A DNA stretch of 64,000 nt from Coraliomargaritaceae bacterium (GCA_965656495.1 CBFHKU010000006.1:1-64000), one strand, 5' to 3'. Shown: positions 38,409-51,147, counted from the stretch's first letter. Notes: generated from the letters alone by a model not told the origin. Numbers and translations are program-made.

Positions 38409-39047
38409 TCAATCGCCCCTTAGCAAATAGATCACCTCGTTTGCGAGATTTTTGGCGTGATCGCCGATGCGCTCGATTGACTTGGAGATCAAGACCGCGT
38501 CGAAACGAGAGGCATCGGAAAGCTGCTGCTGCATGGACTCGGCGGTCAGGGTTTCGTAATGGTGCTTGTTGAGGGCGTCAATTTCCTGATCCATCTTAAT
38601 CACGGCCTCCGCTTTTTCGATATCCTCCTCAACGAAGCAGGTGATGGCGTCATGCAATAGATTGCAACTGAGGCGACTCATTTCCCTGAATTTAAGGGGT
38701 TCGCTGAGGCGGCCTTCACGGATAAGGATGTCGCGGGCTTTCCGTGCAATGGTGTGGGCTTCATCGCCGACCCGCTCAAAATCGTGACTCGCTTTGAGGG
38801 CGACCAGAATGAGGCGGGCGTCGGTTGTGACAGGAGAGCGCAGGCTGATGTAGCGCATACAGGCATGCCCGATTTCTTTCTCCAGATCGTCGATGGCATC
38901 ATCCAGCGCGAGGACGCGGTCTGCCATTTCGAGGTCACCCTTCAGGAGGCTTTCAACCGAGAGCCGGGCGGCGTCATTGGATTTCTCGCCAAGGAGGGTG
39001 AGCTTGTTTCTTAGTTCTTGAAGTTCGTCGTGAAAATAGCGCTGCAT
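38409..39047 (-). CDS. phoU: Phosphate signalling protein PhoU
   Basis: Two PhoU repeats (DD.ID.LE...FERVGD; D.EID...IERIGDHAKN), downstream of pstB. Confidence 0.95.
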   Translation of the reverse strand: MQRYFHDELQELRNKLTLLGEKSNDAARLSVESLLKGDLEMADRVLALDDAIDDLEKEIGHACMRYISLRSPVTTDARLILVALKASHDFERVGDEAHTIARKARDILIREGRLSEPLKFREMSRLSCNLLHDAITCFVEEDIEKAEAVIKMDQEIDALNKHHYETLTAESMQQQLSDASRFDAVLISKSIERIGDHAKNLANEVIYLLRGD

Positions 39048-39078
39048 AGTCTTTGCTTTAAAAAATTTCTATTGGGAT

Positions 39079-39888
39079 TTATCCAAAACGCCCGGAGACG
39101 TAGGCTTCGGTCTTTGGGTTTTCAGGATTCATGAAAATTTGTTCGGTGGGCCCATACTCAATGAGTTTGCCTAAATAGAAGAAGGCGGTGCGGTCTGAGA
39201 GCCGGGCGGCTTGTTGCATATTATGGGTTACGATTACTATGGTATATTCTTTTTTGAGTCCATGAATAAGTTCCTCGACTTTGGCGGTGGCGACCGGGTC
39301 CAGGGCGGAACAGGGTTCATCCATCAGGATAATCTTTGGTTTAACGGCGAGGGCGCGGGCGATGCAAAGGCGTTGTTGTTGCCCCCCTGACATCCCGAGC
39401 GCACTGTCACCGAGGCGATCCTTGACTTCGTCCCAAAGCGCTGCGCCGCGCAGGCAGCGTTCCACCACTTCATCGAGTTCGCTTTTGCGCTTGATGCCCT
39501 GAATGCGGAGACCGTAGGCGATGTTGTCATAGATCGACTTGGGGAAGGGGTTGGATTTTTGAAAGACCATCCCGACGTGTTTGCGTAGTTCGATGACGTC
39601 GACATCGCGTTTGTAGATATCGATATCGCTGATTTTGATTTGCCCACCGAGGATGCGGGTGTTGTCGATGAGGTCGTTCATCCGGTTGAAGCAGCGGAGG
39701 AAGGTGGACTTGCCGCAACCCGAAGGGCCGATGAGGGCGGTCACTTCTTTTTTATTGATATCCATTGAGATATCGAAGAGCGCCTGAGTGGAGCCGTAGG
39801 CAAAACTGAAATCGCGGGTTTCAATAATTGCTTTTGCCTTTGGGGCAGGGTTGGGCTTTGGGCTTTCGGGTTGGATTGCGAGGTTCAT
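39079..39888 (-). CDS. pstB: Phosphate ABC transporter ATPase
   Basis: [45 protein letters not shown] and VTHNMQQA motifs. Start MNLAI. Confidence 0.97.
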   Translation of the reverse strand: MNLAIQPESPKPNPAPKAKAIIETRDFSFAYGSTQALFDISMDINKKEVTALIGPSGCGKSTFLRCFNRMNDLIDNTRILGGQIKISDIDIYKRDVDVIELRKHVGMVFQKSNPFPKSIYDNIAYGLRIQGIKRKSELDEVVERCLRGAALWDEVKDRLGDSALGMSGGQQQRLCIARALAVKPKIILMDEPCSALDPVATAKVEELIHGLKKEYTIVIVTHNMQQAARLSDRTAFFYLGKLIEYGPTEQIFMNPENPKTEAYVSGRFG

Positions 39889-39926
39889 GTTATGGACGGT
39901 TGAAATATTACGGGAGGGCTCTTGGT

Positions 39927-41129
39927 TTACCATTTATATTTGGAGCGAACGCGGATGCGTAGGAGAATGCTGCTGAGGGCAAAGAAGCCTACAATGAAAA
40001 GGAAGACGAAGGCGGTGCCGTATTGCATGTCGCGGGTGTATTCGTTTTGGGGGATCTTGGAACTGACGACATAAATATGATAGGGGAGCGCCATGACGCC
40101 CTGGAAGAAGAAATCGGTGGGTTGTTCGAGGCCTTCCCAGGGGAGCTGGTCGCGCAGGGCGTAGGCGGCGGTAAACATGATGGGGGCGGTTTCGCCGGCG
40201 ACGCGCGCGATGCCCATGATCGAGGAGGTTAGGATTCCCGGCAGGGCGTAGGGCAGGACATTGGTGCGGATGGAGGTCCATTTGGTTGCCCCGAGCGCGA
40301 GGGAGCCTTCGCGGAAGCCGCGCGGGATGGCGCGCATGGATTCCTCGCTGGCGGCGATGATGACGGGGAGTGCCATGATCGCGAGGGTAAACCAGCCCGC
40401 AATCATGGAGACGCCCCAGCCAAAGAAGAGGACGAACATACCAAAGCCGAATAGCCCGAAGACAATGGAGGGCACCCCGGAGAGATTGAGAATCGAGAGG
40501 CGGATCGCCTGCAGGGTTTTGCCGGGGCGACTGTATTCGCTGAGATAGATGGCGCAGAGGAGGCCGAGGCTCAAGGCGATGGCGATGGAGCCGAGCACCA
40601 GCAGGCAGGTTCCAATGATGGCGGGGCCGATTCCGCCGCCGCTGTAGGCATAGGTTTGGTGTTTAAACTGAGAAAGGTCAGGCGTTTGGGCGAGGGCACG
40701 GTATTCGTCGTCGCTATACTTGAGCCGTTCCGCTTTGCGCTGGGCGTCCCATGTCTCTATTTCTGCCTGAAGTTTACTTATATCTTCGGTGTAACCGGTC
40801 CGTTGCTCGGTGTCATTGCTTCCGAGTGCCTTGCGCTTTGTTTCCAATTGCAGGATTTGGATGCGGCGTTTCTGGATTTCGTTGTAAGGCTCAAGGGGCT
40901 CAAAGACATGCAGGGTTTGCGGTTTTTCGGTGAGGAACTGGGTGTTGATGAAGGGTGCCTTGCTTTGAAAGAGGGCCTTCGAACCGTTCGCGGCGATATC
41001 TATAAAGATATAGGCTGCCGCAAGGATGACGCAATAGGTCATCAAGCGGAAGAGATTTGCCACGATTACCTCGATGGTTTTCTTCCGGGAGGAGCGTATT
41101 GCGAAGCGGTGTAATTTGGGTTTTGCCAT
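39927..41129 (-). CDS. pstA: Phosphate ABC transporter permease PstA (with extracytoplasmic insertion)
   Basis: [38 protein letters not shown] and ARVAGETAP motifs. Confidence 0.95.
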   Translation of the reverse strand: MAKPKLHRFAIRSSRKKTIEVIVANLFRLMTYCVILAAAYIFIDIAANGSKALFQSKAPFINTQFLTEKPQTLHVFEPLEPYNEIQKRRIQILQLETKRKALGSNDTEQRTGYTEDISKLQAEIETWDAQRKAERLKYSDDEYRALAQTPDLSQFKHQTYAYSGGGIGPAIIGTCLLVLGSIAIALSLGLLCAIYLSEYSRPGKTLQAIRLSILNLSGVPSIVFGLFGFGMFVLFFGWGVSMIAGWFTLAIMALPVIIAASEESMRAIPRGFREGSLALGATKWTSIRTNVLPYALPGILTSSIMGIARVAGETAPIMFTAAYALRDQLPWEGLEQPTDFFFQGVMALPYHIYVVSSKIPQNEYTRDMQYGTAFVFLFIVGFFALSSILLRIRVRSKYKW

Positions 41130-41146
41130 GCTCGATTCAAGAGGGG

Positions 41147-42955
<1,809 letters not shown>

Positions 42956-43081
42956 GGGCGTGCGGTGGAGGCGCTTTGAGCCTTTGGGAATGATTTCATA
43001 GCCGGATGGTTTCGGTCGTCGGGTTTGCGTTGGAGAATCCGTTTAAAGGATATGCATGTCTTCGCGCCTCAAGCCAAGCAA

Positions 43082-43117
43082 ACAAGCGGCGCAGAATTGA
43101 ATTTATGCGCCGCTTGT
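43082..43117. other. pstS-pstC intergenic stem-loop (probable mRNA stabiliser or partial terminator)
   Basis: Perfect 12-bp stem ACAAGCGGCGCA / TGCGCCGCTTGT, 18 nt downstream of the pstS stop. Confidence 0.65.
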
Positions 43118-43135
43118 CGTGGGAAAGGTTTTTGT

Positions 43136-43966
43136 TTAGTAAATTGGGAGAAAGTGCACCTGGCTCACAATAGCCTGACCTTCGGGGCTCATGGTGAAGC
43201 CGATAAAGTCATTGGCATTGGCGCTCAGGGCAGCATTGCCGTCGATCAGATAATAGAGTGGGCGAGCCAAGGGGTAATCTGACGCGTCGGGGTTGATGCC
43301 TTCGACCGGCAGAACTTTAATGCCGGGGGTATTGATGTAGGCGAGACCCACATAACCAATTCCATAGGGGTTTTTGGCTACTTCCGACGCGATCTGCTCA
43401 TTGCCCGCCATTTTTTGGGTTTCTGGACCGTAGTCGCGGGAATGCATGCCCATCTTTTGGAAGACCGCGTAGGTTCCGGAGGAAGTATTGCGGGTGTAGG
43501 CGGAGATCGTGCCGGCCTCCATCGAGATTGCGGACCAGTCCGTTACGTCACCGGAAAAGATCAGCTCGATTTCTTCGAGGCTAATGGATTCAAGAGGGTT
43601 GGCCTCATTCACAATGATAGCGATACCGTCTTTGCCCACCGTCAAGGCTTTCATATCGACGCCCTTCGTTTTGGCTTGGGCGATTTCCTTTTCCTTGGGA
43701 TCGCGGGAGGACATGCCGATTTCTGCGGTTGCATCAATGACGGAGGCGACCCCGGTAGAGGAACCCTCGGCGGCGATTTCAAAGGCGATTTCGCGTCCCT
43801 GCGCCTTGAGCTTGGCTTTGAATGCCTCTGCCAGTTGCGGCACCATCTTGGCGCCCAAAGTGTCGGAACCTTTTATGACGAGATTCTCCATAGCGGGGAG
43901 CGAGCCCGCAGTTAGAAAGGCTAATGCGATAAGTTTGAACTTATTCATGACAGTGCTGGTTTTCAT
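43136..43966 (-). CDS. pstS: Phosphate ABC transporter substrate-binding protein
   Basis: Signal peptide, IKGSDT, GSSTG, IGMSSR, RNTSSGT, IGYVG and YPLARPLY motifs. Confidence 0.95.
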   Translation of the reverse strand: MKTSTVMNKFKLIALAFLTAGSLPAMENLVIKGSDTLGAKMVPQLAEAFKAKLKAQGREIAFEIAAEGSSTGVASVIDATAEIGMSSRDPKEKEIAQAKTKGVDMKALTVGKDGIAIIVNEANPLESISLEEIELIFSGDVTDWSAISMEAGTISAYTRNTSSGTYAVFQKMGMHSRDYGPETQKMAGNEQIASEVAKNPYGIGYVGLAYINTPGIKVLPVEGINPDASDYPLARPLYYLIDGNAALSANANDFIGFTMSPEGQAIVSQVHFLPIY

Positions 43967-44041
43967 TTCTATTTTTATTGTGATTGTGTCAGGTGACGGG
44001 TTGATGGCAGCAGTATCAGGTAATGCCCATAAAATAGTTTT

Positions 44042-44075
44042 AGAATGTTGGGTTATTGTGGCTTTTTTGTTACAG
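44042..44075 (-). promoter_or_regulatory. Pho-box-like direct repeats upstream of pstS
   Basis: The minus strand reads CTGTAACAAAA-AAGCCACAATA-ACCCAACATTC, with an 11-nt period. Confidence 0.65.
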
Positions 44076-44324
44076 TAAGGTGAAGTTTGCCGAATTTAAC
44101 CCCTGATAATTTTCCAATTTGCCCCAAATTTAGAACTAAAAATGGGGTAGCGCATCGATTTGCCGCGAAACTATCACGACGCTGAAAAAAGACGGTAAGC
44201 TTCATATGAAGTTTTGCCACATGAGCTGATTGGGATCATGATTCATTCAATATGTTTAAGAAAATAGCATGAATTGGCGATATAACGCATTTTAATGTTA
44301 CGAAAAAGGCGCTAATTAACGTTT

Positions 44325-44357
44325 CTGTAACAAAAAAGAGCACTTATTTGTCACAAT
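44325..44357 (+). promoter_or_regulatory. Pho-box-like direct repeats upstream of the porin gene
   Basis: CTGTAACAAAAAAGAGCACTTATTTGTCACAAT. The first 14 bp are identical to the pstS box, in inverted orientation. Confidence 0.65.
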
Positions 44358-44410
44358 CTAGGGTTAAATGTTGAATTGCTGCGAGCCGCAGCAGCTAACC
44401 ACCATCAACT

Positions 44411-45589
44411 ATGAAACAAATAATACATATAATCTTTGGCATAATGACTTTTACATTGGCGTCTTATGCCTCAAGCAATGATGCCCTCCTTGAGCTACTT
44501 GTTAAGAAAGGAGTCCTCACCGATCAGGAGGCCGGTGCCGTCCGCGAGGAGCTACGGGCCGAAAAGGCTTTTGTGGTCAAGGCGAAGGGCAAGGAAACCG
44601 TGGAGCTTGTTTTCAGCGGTCGTTTGCAGGGGCAATTCGATAGCCTCTCTATGACCGGCAAGCCCGGAACCTCGCACTTCTATTTCCGCCGGCTATTTTT
44701 TGGTGCCAAAGCCAACCTTCAGAACGGCTTCTTCGCGGAGGCGGTGCTCGACCTCGCCCGCGACGGTGACGCCGGCGGTGATTACGGCGTTAATCTCGAT
44801 AAAGCAGTCGCGGGGTACAAGTTGCATCCCGCGCTCACCGGAATCATCGGTTACCAGAAAGTGCCCTTTGGTTTTGAGGAAACGGCGTCCTCCGCCAAGA
44901 TTCCCACCATCGAGCGCTCCGTCGCTAATCGTTTCTTTGCCGATGATATTGATTTCTCGGCCCGCCACGCGGGTTTTCACTTTAAGGGTGATTTGGGCGC
45001 GGGTATGAGCTACGCTGCCGCAGTGGTGAATGCCGCTCAAGGCGAGGGATCCCGCTTGCTGGGTAGCGCTGAGACCTGCAACGACCTCGCCGCATTCGGG
45101 CGCCTCCAATGGATGGGGGATGGCTTAACACTTGGGGTTGACGGCGGCTTTCAACCGAATAACGCCAAGCTTAGTCCGGTCAGCAATGCCGTAAAAGCGG
45201 TCACGGGCTACGTGAATTACAAGGCTCAGGGTTGGAACTTATTAGGCGAATATTTCTATGGTGACATGGAGGAAGCCGGCGATGCCAAGGGCTATGCCCT
45301 ACGCGCCTCCTATCGCAATGGAAAGTTCGAGCCCGTGATCCGCTACTCCCATCTCGAAAATTCCAAATTCCAAATCGACAGCGACGAGTTGATCCGCCGT
45401 GCCCCGAAAGGCGGTACCCTCAGCGGTGAGGATAACTCCATCGATTCATACTACGCGGGCCTCAACTATCACCATAACGAGGCCGTCCAGATCATGCTGG
45501 GGTATGAGAACGCCACCGCCCAAAACGATTCCAATACTCCGGATGTCGATATCGACGGTTTCCGTGCCCGCGTGCAAGTCCTTTGGTAG
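44411..45589 (+). CDS. Phosphate-selective porin (OprO/OprP-like)
   Basis: Signal peptide, LL.LLV.KGVLT N-domain, SGRLQ, FRR, KVPFGFEE..SS....IERS motifs and C-terminal W; divergent from pstS. Confidence 0.85.
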   Translation: MKQIIHIIFGIMTFTLASYASSNDALLELLVKKGVLTDQEAGAVREELRAEKAFVVKAKGKETVELVFSGRLQGQFDSLSMTGKPGTSHFYFRRLFFGAKANLQNGFFAEAVLDLARDGDAGGDYGVNLDKAVAGYKLHPALTGIIGYQKVPFGFEETASSAKIPTIERSVANRFFADDIDFSARHAGFHFKGDLGAGMSYAAAVVNAAQGEGSRLLGSAETCNDLAAFGRLQWMGDGLTLGVDGGFQPNNAKLSPVSNAVKAVTGYVNYKAQGWNLLGEYFYGDMEEAGDAKGYALRASYRNGKFEPVIRYSHLENSKFQIDSDELIRRAPKGGTLSGEDNSIDSYYAGLNYHHNEAVQIMLGYENATAQNDSNTPDVDIDGFRARVQVLW

Positions 45590-45622
45590 TTCATAATAAA
45601 TAGGATAAAACGACAAAACCCG

Positions 45623-45655
45623 GCCCGGAGCATCCTGGATGCTCCGGGCTTTTTT
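45623..45655 (+). terminator. Intrinsic terminator after the porin gene
   Basis: GCCCGGAGCATC-ctg-GATGCTCCGGGC-TTTTTT. Confidence 0.9.
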
Positions 45656-45774
45656 GTGCCCCCACGCCGTGATTTGCACCCATTGCCCGAAATTTGTCCG
45701 CCCCGGCATCAATTCATGCTTGGCGTAGCCGCTAAAGTTGCTATCGCTTAATTTTTCACCCCTAGCTACTACAA

Positions 45775-46887
<1,113 letters not shown>

Positions 46888-46952
46888 TCCCGCCAGACCC
46901 GCTACACACTCCGGGCTTGCTTTTTAAGTCCCTAAGGCTCAGGGTTTTCAGC

Positions 46953-47344
<392 letters not shown>

Positions 47345-47350
47345 ACCTTT

Positions 47351-47612
47351 TTTAACGCAGAGCGCCGGAGGATATGTCTATTTGAAACGCAGAGAAGCGG
47401 AGGAGCTGAGGGGGATTTTTTATTATGAAACGCAGAGAAGCGGAGGAATGGAGGATGGTCTTTTGATTGAAACGCAGAGAAGCGGAGGAGCTGAGGAGTG
47501 GGGATTATATTTGGGCAGAGAGGACTGGAATTTGAAAGAAGATTACCATCCTCAGCTCCTCCGCTTCTCTGCGTTTCATTTAATATCAACTCCCCCGCTC
47601 CTCTGCGTTTAA
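47351..47612. repeat. Cluster of AACGCAGAG-type repeats (4 direct, 2 inverted)
   Basis: TGAAACGCAGAGAAGCGGAGGA occurs exactly at 47383, 47426 and 47468, and inverted at 47557-47578. Degenerate outer copies lie at 47354 and 47590-47612. Confidence 0.93.
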
Positions 47613-47684
47613 CATAATCCCGCAGATATGCGCTTGACAGCCCGCCTTCCAGACGGCTTTTTCTTCCGTTCAACTTTAAAACTT

Positions 47685-47942
47685 ATGGCTAATTCCAAAT
47701 CAGCTCAAAAATACATTCGCAAGACCGAGACCCGCACGCTTCAGAACCGTCAGGTCAAGAGTCGCCTCAAGACCCTTTCCAAGAAAGTGTCCACTGCTGC
47801 CGAATCCGGTGACAAGGACGCCCTTGCGGAAGCGACCAAAGGTTATATTTCCGCCTTGGACAAAGCTGGAAAAACCGGTCTGGTGCACGCCAATAAAATT
47901 GCCCGTCACAAGGCACGTTGCGCGAATCTCACCTCTGCCTAG
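47685..47942 (+). CDS. rpsT: 30S ribosomal protein S20
   Basis: MANSKSAQKYIRK...N...KSRLKT..K and LDKA.K.G.VH.NK.AR.K motifs. Confidence 0.96.
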   Translation: MANSKSAQKYIRKTETRTLQNRQVKSRLKTLSKKVSTAAESGDKDALAEATKGYISALDKAGKTGLVHANKIARHKARCANLTSA

Positions 47943-48028
47943 CCGAGCCATTGTTGGTCGCGACGGTAACGCCACTGCCCTCGGATTCGCTTGCCGAACC
48001 GGGGCTTTTTTGTAGCTCTAAATAAACC

Positions 48029-48841
48029 TTGAATGCGACCCCCGATAATTCCTCCGCCCACGCGGCTCTGGGTTTCCCGCCACCCTTCCTCGGGCCGGAG
48101 CCCTTTCGCCTGCCCATCCTGGCTTGCACGGATGATTGGCTTGCCCTTGCCAAACCCGCCGGGGTCGCGATGCGCGAGCACCCCTGGAGCCTCGACTTCC
48201 CCAACCTCGACCACGCCCTCAATGAACAACTCAAAAACGAGAAACCCGAACTCTTGCGGCTGGGGGCGACCTGCTTCGGTTCGATCCACGCCCTCGATCC
48301 TGAAATCAGCGGGGTGGCGCTCTTCGGCTTGAACCGTCCCGCCATCGCCCGCCTTCGCGAGCAATACGGTGACGGGCGAATCGAAACCCGCATCCATTTC
48401 GTCGCCCGCGAGGACGGGGGTGCCGAGACCCGCTTAATAGATGCACCCCTCTTGCCGCACAACACCAAGCCCAAGATGATTCCCTCCACCGCCAAGGGCA
48501 AAAAATGCGCCACCCATTTCACCCGTCTCGCCAACGCAGGAGCATGGAGTCTTTGGGAGGCCCGCGCAGGATTTTCGCGTCCGCATCAGGTGCGTGCCCA
48601 CGCCGCCCTCGCAGGTGTCCCCATCATGGGCGACAGCCTGTATGCGGGGCCATCCAGCCCCAGTCCCACTGAGCTGGGCCTCGAACGCCGCCGTAATGGC
48701 GCCGCCACCAAGCCCCTCTTTCAAGGACTCGCCGCACACCTGCATACCCTCCAGCTCACCTCGGATCAAACGCCCATTGCCGCCCCCCGCCCGCGGCGAC
48801 TCGATACCTGCCTCCGCCGCCTCGGACTTCAAGCCGATTGA
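48029..48841 (+). CDS. RluA-family pseudouridine synthase-like protein (divergent)
   Basis: KPAG, IHALDPEISGV (canonical HRLD..TSG), R.HQVRAH..G.PIMGD.LY and H...L motifs. The start is uncertain (TTG). Confidence 0.8.
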   Translation: MNATPDNSSAHAALGFPPPFLGPEPFRLPILACTDDWLALAKPAGVAMREHPWSLDFPNLDHALNEQLKNEKPELLRLGATCFGSIHALDPEISGVALFGLNRPAIARLREQYGDGRIETRIHFVAREDGGAETRLIDAPLLPHNTKPKMIPSTAKGKKCATHFTRLANAGAWSLWEARAGFSRPHQVRAHAALAGVPIMGDSLYAGPSSPSPTELGLERRRNGAATKPLFQGLAAHLHTLQLTSDQTPIAAPRPRRLDTCLRRLGLQAD

Positions 48842-48922
48842 ATTAAGCCTTAAAAAAGCTTTACAAAGCGCACGCAATATGAGTTGTTTGAGGTTTTCCG
48901 CAAAATCACCGCAATTTTAAAC

Positions 48923-49018
48923 ATGGGTAACCTTAAAAAGAAACGCCGTCTCAAGATGAACAATCACAAGCGCCGCAAGCGCTTGAAATCCAACCGCCAC
49001 AAAAAGCGCACCTGGTAG
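48923..49018 (+). CDS. Small basic protein, AURKAIP1/COX24 (bS22/mS38-like) family
   Basis: Manual translation [31 protein letters not shown] (31 aa) matches the MGSxxKKRRKxMxKHKxRKxL pattern; followed by a terminator. Confidence 0.88.
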   Translation: MGNLKKKRRLKMNNHKRRKRLKSNRHKKRTW

Positions 49019-49063
49019 TGTTCTGATTCCGGCACCCGCTTGGCGGGACGTCGATATACTTTC

Positions 49064-49094
49064 AAAGACCCGGCCCTCAAGGCCGGGTCTTTTT
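49064..49094 (+). terminator. Intrinsic terminator
   Basis: AAAGACCCGGCC-ctcaa-GGCCGGGTCTTTTT. Confidence 0.88.
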
Positions 49095-49245
49095 CGTGCC
49101 CAAACCCCCAAGAAAAATACGTATAAATCCGATAATTTACATAATAAACATACATGCCCACAATATAAATATAAGCATTGACTTTTATTTAAATAATTAG
49201 AATTTAGCAATATGCCTTATTCTGGCTGAACTATAAATCCAAATT

Positions 49246-50012
49246 ATGAATATGAAATTACACACCAAAATCATTTCGTTGTTGCTCGTCGCTGGTCTCG
49301 CCAGTGCCGGCGCTCAATCGACTGGTAGTTCTGCCAGCGATTACTATGTAAAGGGCTCTTTCGGTATTGCCGACCCACAGGAAAAGGGACTCCTTGAGAG
49401 CCTTGGTGGGAAAAAATTGGGAGCACTCAGGCCTACTCCTTTGAAGTAGGAGCCTTCTTAAGCGAAAACCTGAGTTTTGGCTTTGAGTATTCTTTTTTTA
49501 ATACCGATGCGAACTTAGGGGGAATGATAACTGCCCCGGTGTTGGCTAATCCTGATTTTGCTGAATTAGTAGATGGGCTCAACGCCGCACTCAACAGCAT
49601 GGGCTATGGCGACTGGGTTCCGGGGCCTATTTTGTTTAAAGAAAAACTTGATGTGGATCGTTTTATGTTTGTCTTCAACTATGATTATAAGCTCAGCTCG
49701 GATTTCACTCTCTTTTTTAACGGGGGTCTTGGTGTTCTGAATGCTGAGCATACACTATATATTAACCTGAAGACAGAGGGAGCTGCTGGTGCCCCCCCCG
49801 TGGACGCCTCTAGCAAATCAAAGTCGGATGAGACTGTTTTTGCTTACCAGCTTGGCGCAGGGCTTGGGTATCATTTTACCGAAACGGTGAGTCTTTATGG
49901 TCAGGTCCGTTATCTCGCATCCATGGATATCGACTTCAATCACGATGGGTACAAATATGATGCCAAGGGCTCGGCTATAGCCTACGAGCTTGGTCTGCAA
50001 TACCGCTTCTAA
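49246..50012 (+). pseudogene. Opacity/OmpW-like 8-stranded outer-membrane beta-barrel, split by a 1-nt frameshift
   Basis: Signal peptide and YYVKGSFG in the first frame. From ~49419 an overlapping frame reads GSTQAYSFEVGAFLSENLSFGFEYSFF, contiguous with ORF 49524-50012 (FAYQLGAGLGY...LGLQYRF). Confidence 0.8.
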
Positions 50013-50042
50013 GGCGCTTTCGTGTTAGTTTGCGCTTTTATT

Positions 50043-50074
50043 AAGGGCGTGGTGCTTCGGTGCCACGCCTTTTT
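50043..50074. terminator. Terminator hairpin between convergent genes
   Basis: AAGGGCGTGGTGC-ttcg-GTGCCACGCCTTTTT. Confidence 0.8.
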
Positions 50075-50085
50075 ATTATTCATTG

Positions 50086-50727
50086 TTAGGGGCGCTTCCG
50101 GAGGATCGCGAGGGCGAGCGCTGCGCCTCCAAAGAGGAGGGCGTACGTCTCCGGCTCAGGGATGACCGTTACGCGAAAGTAGCGCCAAAGAATGTGCTGA
50201 TCGACCGCATCCGGGTCATTGCCAACATCAGGGTAGTTCGGGTTTATGGAGGTCAGAGTGAGGTCGGTGTTGGCCGCTACTTCAAAGCGGTTCGTGAAAT
50301 GGTAGTCGCCCACTGTGTTCGTGCTTTCCGTTGTGGTGCTCGTGCCGTCGCTCAGGCGAATCTGCTCGTCGCCATCAAAGGGTGTAGAGACGGTGCTGAT
50401 GGTATAGCTCTCGAGGCGTATGCGTTTATTAAACCGGAAGGTCATGGTAAATCCATCGGTCTCTTCCAGAACCCCGAGGCCAACAGGTCCTTCCTGAGGA
50501 TTTGCATTTATAAAAAATCCGACATCAGCCTCTTGATCTCCGCTATTCTCCCAGGGGTCATTGGTGTTCATATCCATTGTAAGGCCACTCACAGTGTCGG
50601 TGAATTGGTGGCTGGTGGCGCCATTTGTTATCTGGGACAGATCAAAACTCACAAGCATGCTTTGAGCCACAGACTCCAAACCACCCAGCAATGCCAAAAC
50701 TCCAAAGGGAAGACCATAAAATTTCAT
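50086..50727 (-). CDS. PEP-CTERM secreted protein
   Basis: Start MKFYGLPFGVLALLGG (signal peptide); C-terminal IPEPETYALLFGGAALALAILRKRP. Confidence 0.88.
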   Translation of the reverse strand: MKFYGLPFGVLALLGGLESVAQSMLVSFDLSQITNGATSHQFTDTVSGLTMDMNTNDPWENSGDQEADVGFFINANPQEGPVGLGVLEETDGFTMTFRFNKRIRLESYTISTVSTPFDGDEQIRLSDGTSTTTESTNTVGDYHFTNRFEVAANTDLTLTSINPNYPDVGNDPDAVDQHILWRYFRVTVIPEPETYALLFGGAALALAILRKRP

Positions 50728-50851
50728 ATTATGTATAAAATACTTAATTAAAAAAATATAAACATTTAAATATAAAATTTTATTTTTTAAACCCAGCTTA
50801 CCCTTCAACGAGTTAAGAGTGTCCTTTCATTAACAGGAGAGGGGGCTTAGA

Positions 50852-51086
50852 AACGCGGTGTTTTGTGGATTAACGCGGAGGAGCGGAGGGGCGGATGTGT
50901 TCTGGAACGCGGTGTTTTGTGGATTAACGCGGAGGAGCGGAGGGGCGGAGGGGCGGATGTGTTCTGGAACGCGGTGTTTTGTGGATTAACGCGGAGGAGC
51001 AGAGGAGCGGAGGGGGCGATTGTGTTCTGGAACGCGGTGTTTTGTGGATTAACGCGGAGGAGCGGAGGAGCGGAGGGGCGGAGGAG
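50852..51086. repeat. Tandem repeat, 4 units of 54-63 bp with a variable internal 8-bp microrepeat
   Basis: AACGCGGTGTTTTGTGGATTAACGCGGAGGAGC starts at 50852, 50906, 50968 and 51031. The number of GCGGAGG(A/G) copies varies between units. Confidence 0.95.
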
Positions 51087-51147
51087 GCCTACATTTTCGT
51101 GAGATTCGTTTGATTCGTAGTTTCCTGCTTTTGAGTTGCTCGCAGTT

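Noticed and set aside
47351..47612. Possible CRISPR array (22-bp repeats with dissimilar spacers)
   Set aside because: Spacers are only ~20 bp, partly conserved and low-complexity; copies occur in both orientations; there are no cas genes in the window.
50852..51086. Possible CRISPR array (33-bp constant unit, ~60-bp period)
   Set aside because: The inter-repeat segments are variants of one another built from an 8-bp microrepeat, so this is a tandem repeat without unique spacers.
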